Shown: positions 1 to 5,685 of the stretch, piece by piece | Numbering within the stretch: position 1 is the first letter of the stretch | Layout of the letters: the number at the start of each line of letters is the position of its first letter | Made by a program: the position numbers and the translations under genes | Assembly (NCBI GenBank): GCA_002898395.1 | Contig: BEHE01000034.1 | Location: 1-6,987 of the forward strand | Length of the DNA stretch: 6,987 nt | DNA from: Candidatus Calditenuaceae archaeon HR02 | Lineage (GTDB): Archaea; Thermoproteota; Nitrososphaeria_A; Caldarchaeales; Calditenuaceae | Direction of reading: 5' to 3' | The notes under the pieces: generated by a model | Seen by the model: only the letters and a program-made list of their open reading frames with translations | What the model was told of the DNA's origin: nothing | The model's database searches: none

Positions 1-1716
1 GAAGGCGAGCCTGTAAAGGATGGCGGCGAGCCACTTGAGATCAGAACCTTCACCTACTATGACCTCTGGAGATACGTTAATCGTGTCGCCTATGTTATGA
101 GGGAGAAACTTCATCTAAAGAGAGGTGACAGGGTTGCATTCTATATGCCCATGATACCTGAGCTGCCAATCCTGATGCTAGCAGCATCTCGTATAGGTGT
201 AGTGTTTACTCAGGTCTTCAGCGGTTTCAGCGCAGAGGCCCTGGCATCGAGGATTAGCGACATGGGGGCCAGATATGTCTTCACGACCGACGGGTACTAT
301 AGGAGGGGGAGAATAGTTAGGACAAAAGAGATCGCCGATAAAGCGGTGATAGAATGCCCGTCGGTGGAGAAGATCGTTCTGATACGCCGAATAAGAGATA
401 CAGAGACCCCCGTCGACCCGGCTAGGCATGTCTATCTAGACGACCTCCTCAAAGACGTAAAGCATAACACCTATGTCCAGCCCGAGGAGATGGAGAGCAC
501 AGACATACTCTATGTGCTATACACCTCAGGCACTACTGGGAAGCCTAAGGGGATAATTCACGATACTGGCGGGTATGCGGTACTCCTCCACGCAACTATG
601 AAGTGGGTCTTTGATATCAGGGATGAAGACATATTCTGGTGTACAGCTGATATAGGGTGGGTTACTGGCCACTCCTACATAGTCTACGGCCCATTAATGT
701 CAGGCGCCACAGAGGTGATATATGAAGGCGCGCCAGACTACCCTGCACCCGACCGGTGGTGGAGCATTATAGAAAGATACGGGGTCACTATATTCTATAC
801 TTCCCCCACCGCTGTCAGGGCGTTCATGCGACTGGGTACAGATTACGTAACCAAGCACGACCTCTCGACCCTGAGGCTGATACATAGCGTGGGCGAGCCG
901 ATTAACCCGGCCGCCTGGAGGTGGCTATTTGAACTGATCGGGGGTGGTAGATGCCCCGTTGGAAGCACATGGTGGATGACGGAGACGGGTGGAATACTCA
1001 TCTCTCATGCCCCTGGTCTGAAACTGGTCCCGCTCAAGGCTGGGACCAACGGGCCTCCACTTCCGGGAGTTGAGGCTGAGGTTGTCGATGAAAACGGCGT
1101 ACCCGTTCCCACCGGTGTGAAGGGATACTTGATTATTAAGAGGCCCTGGCCAGGAATGCCTGGCCCGCCGACAGGCATGTACGGCGACCCGGAGAGATAC
1201 AACTCGGTATACTACTCGAGGTTCGGCTACTTTTTCACGGGCGACTATGCCATTAGAGACAATGACGGATACATATGGGTTCTCGGAAGGTCTGACGAAG
1301 TGCTGAAAGTGGCTGGACACAGGATTGGGACCTACGAGCTAGAGTCAGCCCTGGTCGCCCACCCCTATGTCGCCGAGGCGGCAGTATGCGGTGTGCCAGA
1401 CGACGTGAAGGGAGAGGTGCCCATCGCCTATGTCGTCCTCAAGGCTGATGCCCCCTCGTCGACAAAGACTATCCAAGATGAGTTGAAGAGATGGGTCCGG
1501 GAACGTATCGGCGCCATAGCGGAGCCGAAGAGCATCTTTATCGTCAGTAAGCTACCGAAGACCCGGAGTGGGAAGATTATGAGGCGTATAATGAGGGCGC
1601 TAGCAACAGGTAAGCCAATAGGAGATATAACCACGCTTGAGGACGAGGCTGCGGTCGAGGAGGTGAAATCCGCCTACGAGGCATTACTCAAGGAGATAAG
1701 CGGAAAGACAGAATAG
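1..1716 (+). CDS. acs: Acetyl-CoA synthetase / acetate--CoA ligase (AMP-forming, ANL superfamily), 5'-truncated by the window edge
   Basis: The frame of the 97..1716 ORF stays open back to base 1 (EGEPVKDGGEPLEIRTFTYYDLWRYVNRVAYVMREK...), so the ATG at 97 is internal. Hallmark ACS/ANL motifs are present: YTSGTTGKPKGIIHDTGGY (AMP-binding P-loop), WWMTETGG, FFTGDYAIRDNDGYIWVLGRSDEVLKVAGHRIGTYELE, and C-terminal PKTRSGKIMRRIMRAL containing the catalytic/acetylatable Lys. Typical ACS enzymes are about 640-660 aa, so roughly the first 100 residues lie outside the window. The family call is firm. Acetate versus another short-chain acyl substrate is inferred. Confidence 0.9.
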   Translation, partial: EGEPVKDGGEPLEIRTFTYYDLWRYVNRVAYVMREKLHLKRGDRVAFYMPMIPELPILMLAASRIGVVFTQVFSGFSAEALASRISDMGARYVFTTDGYYRRGRIVRTKEIADKAVIECPSVEKIVLIRRIRDTETPVDPARHVYLDDLLKDVKHNTYVQPEEMESTDILYVLYTSGTTGKPKGIIHDTGGYAVLLHATMKWVFDIRDEDIFWCTADIGWVTGHSYIVYGPLMSGATEVIYEGAPDYPAPDRWWSIIERYGVTIFYTSPTAVRAFMRLGTDYVTKHDLSTLRLIHSVGEPINPAAWRWLFELIGGGRCPVGSTWWMTETGGILISHAPGLKLVPLKAGTNGPPLPGVEAEVVDENGVPVPTGVKGYLIIKRPWPGMPGPPTGMYGDPERYNSVYYSRFGYFFTGDYAIRDNDGYIWVLGRSDEVLKVAGHRIGTYELESALVAHPYVAEAAVCGVPDDVKGEVPIAYVVLKADAPSSTKTIQDELKRWVRERIGAIAEPKSIFIVSKLPKTRSGKIMRRIMRALATGKPIGDITTLEDEAAVEEVKSAYEALLKEISGKTE

Positions 1717-1724
1717 CAGGCTCT

Positions 1725-2858
1725 TCACAGATCAGTCGGCGCAAACGTCAATATTTTCGGCCCCTCCTCAGTCACCAAGAAGTTGTTCTCCACCCTGACT
1801 CCACCTATGCCGGGGATATATAGTCCAGGCTCCAGCGTAACCACCATTCCAGGCTTCAGAGCATCAGTGGACCCTGGTATGAAGAATGGCGGCTCCTGTC
1901 CATCCAACCCAATTCCATGCCCCGCATGGTGGGGGAAGTATTCACCATATCCCACCTCCTTAAACGTCTCGCGAATGGTACTGTAGACCTGGGCCCCTGA
2001 CACGCCGGGTCTAAGCTTCTCCATCCCCCTCTCCAGAGCCCTCAGAACTGTCGAGTGCAGCCTCCTCAACCCCTCGCTCGGCCTACCACCGACAACATAT
2101 GTTCTACAAGTATCAGACCAGTACTCCCTAGTCGTTACCCATAGGTCAAAGATGAAGGGCTCTCCCTCTTTGATGGTCCGCGGGGTGGGTGGACCCCCTA
2201 CATCTACCGACCTCTCCCCTGAAACAAAGTCGCCTGCGAAGTATTGAAACGTTCCTACTAGCCGGCTGAGCTCCTTGTGTATCTCACTATAGACTTCCAC
2301 CTCTGTCCTCCCGGGTGTGACTAGGGATTTAGCCATGTTATATGCCCTGTCTGCGAGCTCGCAGCTTCTCTGGATTAGCTCAAGCTCGTCCTGATGTTTA
2401 ATCATCCTCATGGCAAGGATATCCTGTGATATGTCAGTCAACTCGACGCTCCCTATCGCTCTCACGAGGGCTTGGTAGAGCGAATATGGTAGATTCCACG
2501 CATCTGCTCCGACCCGCCTGGCCCCCGAGAAGTATTCTTTGACGAGCGCCTCGGCCTCCGCCGCGACAAAGCCTGGATAAGCTATCATCCGCTCCTCGAG
2601 CTTATAGTTCTCAAAAGTCACTATGTCGCCTCCAAAACTGGCCGAGGCTATCCCCCTATCCGTGGATCCCGTGAGTAAGACTGGCTCGCGACCCACTCGT
2701 AGGAAGAGGTAGGTTGGCAGCATGAGTCTTGCGGTCAAGAAGCCCGTGAAATAGTAGACCTCCTTCTTCCCAGAAATGACTGCCCCGTCCAGTCCTCTAT
2801 TCCTAAGGAGGCTCTCGAGCTGCTGTGTTCTGGCCTGAGGACCCTTAGCCCAGGGCAT
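1725..2858 (-). CDS. M24B-family metallopeptidase (Xaa-Pro dipeptidase / aminopeptidase P-like, creatinase-prolidase fold)
   Basis: A 377-aa ORF with an ATG start at 2858. It has an N-terminal creatinase/prolidase-type domain (LDGAVISGKKEVYYFTGF) and a C-terminal pita-bread domain. All five dinuclear-metal ligand positions are recognisable: D in FIFDLW, D in WSDTCRT, H in HHAGHGIGL, E in TLEPGLY, E in VRVENNF. It is convergent with acs, with only 8 nt between the stop codons. Confidence 0.85.
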   Translation of the reverse strand: MPWAKGPQARTQQLESLLRNRGLDGAVISGKKEVYYFTGFLTARLMLPTYLFLRVGREPVLLTGSTDRGIASASFGGDIVTFENYKLEERMIAYPGFVAAEAEALVKEYFSGARRVGADAWNLPYSLYQALVRAIGSVELTDISQDILAMRMIKHQDELELIQRSCELADRAYNMAKSLVTPGRTEVEVYSEIHKELSRLVGTFQYFAGDFVSGERSVDVGGPPTPRTIKEGEPFIFDLWVTTREYWSDTCRTYVVGGRPSEGLRRLHSTVLRALERGMEKLRPGVSGAQVYSTIRETFKEVGYGEYFPHHAGHGIGLDGQEPPFFIPGSTDALKPGMVVTLEPGLYIPGIGGVRVENNFLVTEEGPKILTFAPTDL

Positions 2859-2888
2859 ATCTTATCAACCGAGCTAATGATTACACAG

Positions 2889-2896
2889 AATATATG
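2889..2896 (-). promoter_or_regulatory. Candidate TATA box for the M24 peptidase gene (possibly bidirectional)
   Basis: The minus strand reads CATATATT, centred about 35 nt upstream of the peptidase ATG (2858). This is the only strongly A/T-rich element in the right place. On the plus strand the same element is centred about 26 nt upstream of the ATG at 2919. Confidence 0.3.
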
Positions 2897-3165
2897 CGTT
2901 CCCGTTGCGACCTAATCTATGCTACCCCAGAATGTAGTCGCATATTCTTGGTTTGTGGGGAAGAAATTATCTAGACCGCCCATGTGGGATGAACCTCTTA
3001 CCAGAAACCGTAGGTAGTTGGAGTCTAAAACAAAGCCCCTGTGACGAAGACAACACCATCCAACTTAGGTGATGAAAGCTTATCTGCTAACTCAGGCTGA
3101 TGTGATGGTACAACCCCTACATGCATGAGGCCGTCTCTAAAGCTGCCAAGGGATAGTATGTATTT

Positions 3166-3366
3166 GTGTCGGAGAACAAGTCTGACACCTATGATGAGGT
3201 CTTTGTCGTAGGCAGGCCCATACGTTGGGGCAGACCCTCAACTATCCCACTTATCGTAACGCGGGTGTTCAAGACTCTCAACCTCCCAGGCCTCCAGACG
3301 CCGCTCTCAACAGTCGCAGCACCCGCTAAGTTTCCCTATAGACATGATGCTGATGAATTAGTTTGA
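3166..3366 (+). CDS. Hypothetical 66-aa ORF in the long spacer (weakly supported)
   Basis: This is the only ORF of 60 aa or more in the 560-bp spacer. It depends on a single GTG start, has no convincing TATA or SD element upstream, and has no motif I recognise. The opposite strand has comparably protein-like open frames. It is listed only so the region is not left blank. Confidence 0.12.
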   Translation: MSENKSDTYDEVFVVGRPIRWGRPSTIPLIVTRVFKTLNLPGLQTPLSTVAAPAKFPYRHDADELV

Positions 3367-3418
3367 ATCTGTTGGGAGACGGAGAAAAGTCATTAACCCT
3401 TCCATTGGATACATGTGT

Positions 3419-4471
3419 TCAGGTTGTTATCTCGCCTACTCTTTCCTCTCTACCCATCTCCCTGATCTCTATGGCTATCCTCCTCCCCAGTGAGACTGGT
3501 TTTCTGAGGAAGAGCTTCGAGTACTGCCCTCCTATTGCCATGTGAGCGTTAGTCCCTCCACCTATGCGTGGGGCTACGTCGTAGACGACTAGCTGGAGCT
3601 CTGGCGTGACAATTGTCTGGAGGGTGAAGGGGCCTATTATTCCTGGAGGCTCCACCCTCCTTGTCGCTTCAACAAACCTCTCGCCGATGCTATATGCCTC
3701 CTCTAGAAGGCTTTCCCGGAGGGTGACGGGGATGTGTCCGACCTCGACCATGCTTATCCGTGGACTTATCTCCAACTGCTGCTGGGCTGGCAGATGCAGT
3801 ATCCCGTCTAGGTTGCTCTGAATCCTTCTATCCACGCTGAGGATCTCAAGCCTCTGTCTGGCCACGCTGTAGAAGTAGTTGATATTGAAGTGGGCCCCTA
3901 TTATGAGCTCCTCAGCCACACTCCTTTCCAGCTGCTCCTCCGAGATTATTCCCCTCTTAAGCGCCTCATCAATTTTGGCATAGAGGTCGTCACGTCCTGA
4001 TGCAAATATGAAGGCCCTCTCCTGGGGTCTCCCCGCCTCCTGAACCTTGAGGAGGGCTGGTCCAGAGACCTCGTCTATTTTCCAGACAGAGGGGTGCCTG
4101 ATCCCGGCCTCGTCCAGCAGCCTGTAATAGTTCTTCTCCCCTCTACGCTCCTCCCATCTGAGCATGCGCTTGTTCCCGAAGACAGGGACTCTGAGCTCCT
4201 TCTCGATCTCGTCGTAGCCCACGTAGACCGCCATGCTCCTGTTGGGGACGATTATTGAGCCCTCCTCCAGCAGCTTCTCCTGAATTTGTGGGCTGATGAC
4301 GTTTCTGTAGCTGTCGAGGACTATACACTTGTCAACCGTTTCTTTGGCGGCTGCGTAGATCCGCTCCCTGCCCTTCCTACAGATGGCTATCGTGGGGAAC
4401 CCCTCATCCTTCGCCCCATCGAATACGTCGAGGGCGGAGTGGCTTGCGATACATGCTATACTCAGCTTCAA
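3419..4471 (-). CDS. PurP-family ATP-grasp protein, divergent paralogue (FAICAR synthetase-like, Gly-rich loop degenerate)
   Basis: A 350-aa ORF starting at TTG (4469..4471). The N-domain resembles archaeal PurP closely (IASHSALDVFDGAKDEGF, VPNRSMAVYVGYD, VPVFGNKRMLRWEER), as does the C-terminal ATP-grasp part (PPGIIGPFTLQ, APRIGGGTN, SLGRRIAIEIREM). However, the KxPGAxGGRGY loop is replaced by KVQEAGRPQERAF, and RYESN by RIQSN. A GGAGGTG Shine-Dalgarno-like element sits 11 nt upstream, inside the end of the preceding gene. Confidence 0.8.
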   Translation of the reverse strand: MKLSIACIASHSALDVFDGAKDEGFPTIAICRKGRERIYAAAKETVDKCIVLDSYRNVISPQIQEKLLEEGSIIVPNRSMAVYVGYDEIEKELRVPVFGNKRMLRWEERRGEKNYYRLLDEAGIRHPSVWKIDEVSGPALLKVQEAGRPQERAFIFASGRDDLYAKIDEALKRGIISEEQLERSVAEELIIGAHFNINYFYSVARQRLEILSVDRRIQSNLDGILHLPAQQQLEISPRISMVEVGHIPVTLRESLLEEAYSIGERFVEATRRVEPPGIIGPFTLQTIVTPELQLVVYDVAPRIGGGTNAHMAIGGQYSKLFLRKPVSLGRRIAIEIREMGREERVGEITT

Positions 4472-4473
4472 GG

Positions 4474-5478
4474 CTATGTCAACACCTCCCCGAGCCTGCC
4501 CTGCCCCTCAGCCATCTTAACCTCCAGGGCTATCCTCCTCCCAACGGTCATCTCGCGCCCCCAGTACAGGGCAAGATAGGGGCTTCCGCCCAGGTATACG
4601 TTTGTCCCAGCCACTATCCTCCCTGAAAACTCAAAGACGATTGGCCTCAAATCCTCGGTGATAACAGTCTCGAGGCAGAAAGGGCCGATCATCCCAGGCG
4701 GTATCAGCCTTCTAGTGGCCTCGACGAACTTTTCGCCCAGTTCGATAAAGTCCTCGAGAAGCCTTTCCCTGGGATAGACCTGTAGGTTTCCAGTAACTAC
4801 GAACCCCTCCTTTAAGTCTCCTATATTCCGCGGTGTTAAGCGTCTAAGCCCATCAGCGTTGGACTCGTACCTTATGTCGAAGCCAGTCAACTCCAGCCTA
4901 TCCATTATGGGGCTCTGGAAGTAGTGGGCATACATCGTAGTGCCGACGACGTATTCTTGGAGGAAGACCTCGTCGGGGGCGGCAACGAGGCCTTGGGTTA
5001 CCATCCTATCTAACCAGCCTCTAACTTCCTCGGGGTTGCGCGTGACCAAGTAGCCGCGCCCACCCTTCGCGCCCGGGAGCTTCGCGATTACGAGCCCATC
5101 CACCTCCTCGATGCTCCTAAATACTCTCGGGACAGGTATCCCAGCCTCCTCTAAGAGACGGATCTTCAGCCGCCAATCAGCCTCCCACCTCACTAGTCCC
5201 CTGAGGCCGAATACTGGTATTCTCGCCTCTTCGACCACCCTTGGCGTCAGATACTCAACCGTGCCACCTGTGAGGATCATGAAGTAGCCCTCATCGGCCA
5301 GCTTGTCGAGCAGTGATGGACCGTCATAATTGAGCAGCCTCACCTTGAGTGTTGGGAACCTTGAGTAGAGTCTCAGCCTGTCCTGCGGCCCAAAGACCGC
5401 CACCTCTATCCCCTCCTCGCGGAGGCCGAGTGAGAGCTGGATGGCCGAGTGCCCCGCATAGATGGCAGCCCTAGGCAT
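4474..5478 (-). CDS. purP: 5-formaminoimidazole-4-carboxamide ribonucleotide (FAICAR) synthetase, PurP (formate- and ATP-dependent, ATP-grasp)
   Basis: A 334-aa ORF with an ATG start at 5478. It retains the core PurP motifs I recall from the characterised Methanocaldococcus jannaschii enzyme: [11 protein letters not shown] (Gly-rich loop, 5050..5073), [40 protein letters not shown] and [12 protein letters not shown]. The N-domain is less conserved ([17 protein letters not shown], and GGTVEYL in place of VP-x-GS). The stop TAG (4474..4476) lies 2 nt from the start of the next PurP-like gene. Confidence 0.85.
   Translation of the reverse strand: MPRAAIYAGHSAIQLSLGLREEGIEVAVFGPQDRLRLYSRFPTLKVRLLNYDGPSLLDKLADEGYFMILTGGTVEYLTPRVVEEARIPVFGLRGLVRWEADWRLKIRLLEEAGIPVPRVFRSIEEVDGLVIAKLPGAKGGRGYLVTRNPEEVRGWLDRMVTQGLVAAPDEVFLQEYVVGTTMYAHYFQSPIMDRLELTGFDIRYESNADGLRRLTPRNIGDLKEGFVVTGNLQVYPRERLLEDFIELGEKFVEATRRLIPPGMIGPFCLETVITEDLRPIVFEFSGRIVAGTNVYLGGSPYLALYWGREMTVGRRIALEVKMAEGQGRLGEVLT
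4483..4489 (-). promoter_or_regulatory. Shine-Dalgarno-like element for the downstream PurP paralogue (translational coupling)
   Basis: The minus strand reads GGAGGTG, complementary to the conserved archaeal 16S rRNA 3' end. It sits inside the last codons of purP, 11 nt upstream of the TTG start at 4471. The intergenic gap is 2 nt. Confidence 0.45.
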
Positions 5479-5508
5479 ATCCCTATCCAGAACGCCCCCT
5501 AAACCCGC

Positions 5509-5518
5509 AATTAAAAAT
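5509..5518 (-). promoter_or_regulatory. Candidate archaeal TATA box for the purP pair
   Basis: The minus strand reads ATTTTTAATT, centred about 36 nt upstream of the purP ATG (5478). That fits a TATA box at about -26/-27 plus a short (~9 nt) leader. Assigned by position and composition only. Confidence 0.4.
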
Positions 5519-5573
5519 CATGGCCTGTGCCGCCGTCCGTGGCTTCAGAGTAGGTATATAACGTTGCAGCCTC

Positions 5574-5580
5574 ATATAAA
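5574..5580 (+). promoter_or_regulatory. Candidate TATA box for the beta-CASP RNase gene
   Basis: ATATAAA lies about 45-55 nt upstream of the probable translation start region (5625..5632). A second TATA-like element, TATATAA, sits at 5555..5561. A GGTGAT SD-like motif at 5621..5626 would fit a leadered transcript. Which box is used cannot be decided from sequence. Confidence 0.3.
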
Positions 5581-5685
5581 GAGGTTAGAATAGCGGGTTA
5601 AGAAAGTGAATAGAAGAGATGGTGATGGGCTATAGAGATTAAGGTTTTAGGCGGGGCTAGGGAGGTAGGAAGATCGGCCATACTG

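Noticed and set aside
178-1634. Minus-strand ORFs inside acs (178..429, 700..885, 925..1320, 1005..1202, 1428..1634)
   Set aside because: All are embedded in a strongly supported ACS coding sequence. The longest (925..1320) is again the codon-aligned antisense frame. Their compositions are typical of antisense translation (R, P, G, S, H rich), and none has a recognisable motif.
3120-3127. Perfect 8-bp palindrome CATGCATG in the spacer
   Set aside because: It is a single short palindrome with mismatched flanks, expected by chance in a window of this size. It has no partner site.
3069-3128. Possible box C/D sRNA: GTGATGA (3069..3075), CTGA (3097..3100), TGATGG (3103..3108), ATGA (3125..3128)
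   Set aside because: The spacings are 21 nt, 2 nt and 16 nt instead of the tightly constrained ~12-nt guides and 3-nt-or-longer D'/C' loop of archaeal C/D sRNAs. The terminal box would be AUGA rather than CUGA. The flanks cannot form a terminal stem. The other C-box-like motifs (3191, 3344, 3350) have no CTGA at a suitable distance, and the minus strand has no TCATCA. The motif enrichment is kept as a separate finding, but it is not called as an sRNA gene.
3261-3280. GGGTGTTCAAGACTC looks superficially like a tRNA T-arm (GTTCAAG)
   Set aside because: There is no complementary 5-bp stem flanking the loop, and no acceptor, D or anticodon arm can be drawn on either strand.
3381-3392. GGAGAAAAGTCA resembles the RNase P RNA CR-I/P4 element GAGGAAAGUCC
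   Set aside because: It is an imperfect match over a short A-rich string. The rest of an RNase P RNA would have to run antisense through the conserved 3' end of the PurP-like CDS. No other conserved RNase P regions or G+C-rich helices are visible nearby.
2859-3418. Replication origin (ORB elements plus an A/T-rich unwinding element) or a mobile-element scar/MITE in the long spacer
   Set aside because: There are no ORB-like repeats (no TCCAGTGGAAA-type dyads). There is no extended A/T-rich tract and no adjacent orc1/cdc6. There are no terminal inverted repeats, flanking direct repeats or a tRNA attachment site.
1783-4626. Plus-strand ORFs opposite the peptidase and PurP genes (1783..1986, 3363..3545, 3606..3821, 4286..4579, 4444..4626) and the minus-strand alternate-frame ORF 4143..4328
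   Set aside because: Each lies wholly or mostly within a minus-strand gene with clear family motifs. They have low-complexity, Pro/Ser/Cys/Arg-rich products, and several start on GTG/TTG only. I interpret them as shadow ORFs. ORFs 4286..4579 and 4444..4626 merely bridge the purP/purP-like junction.
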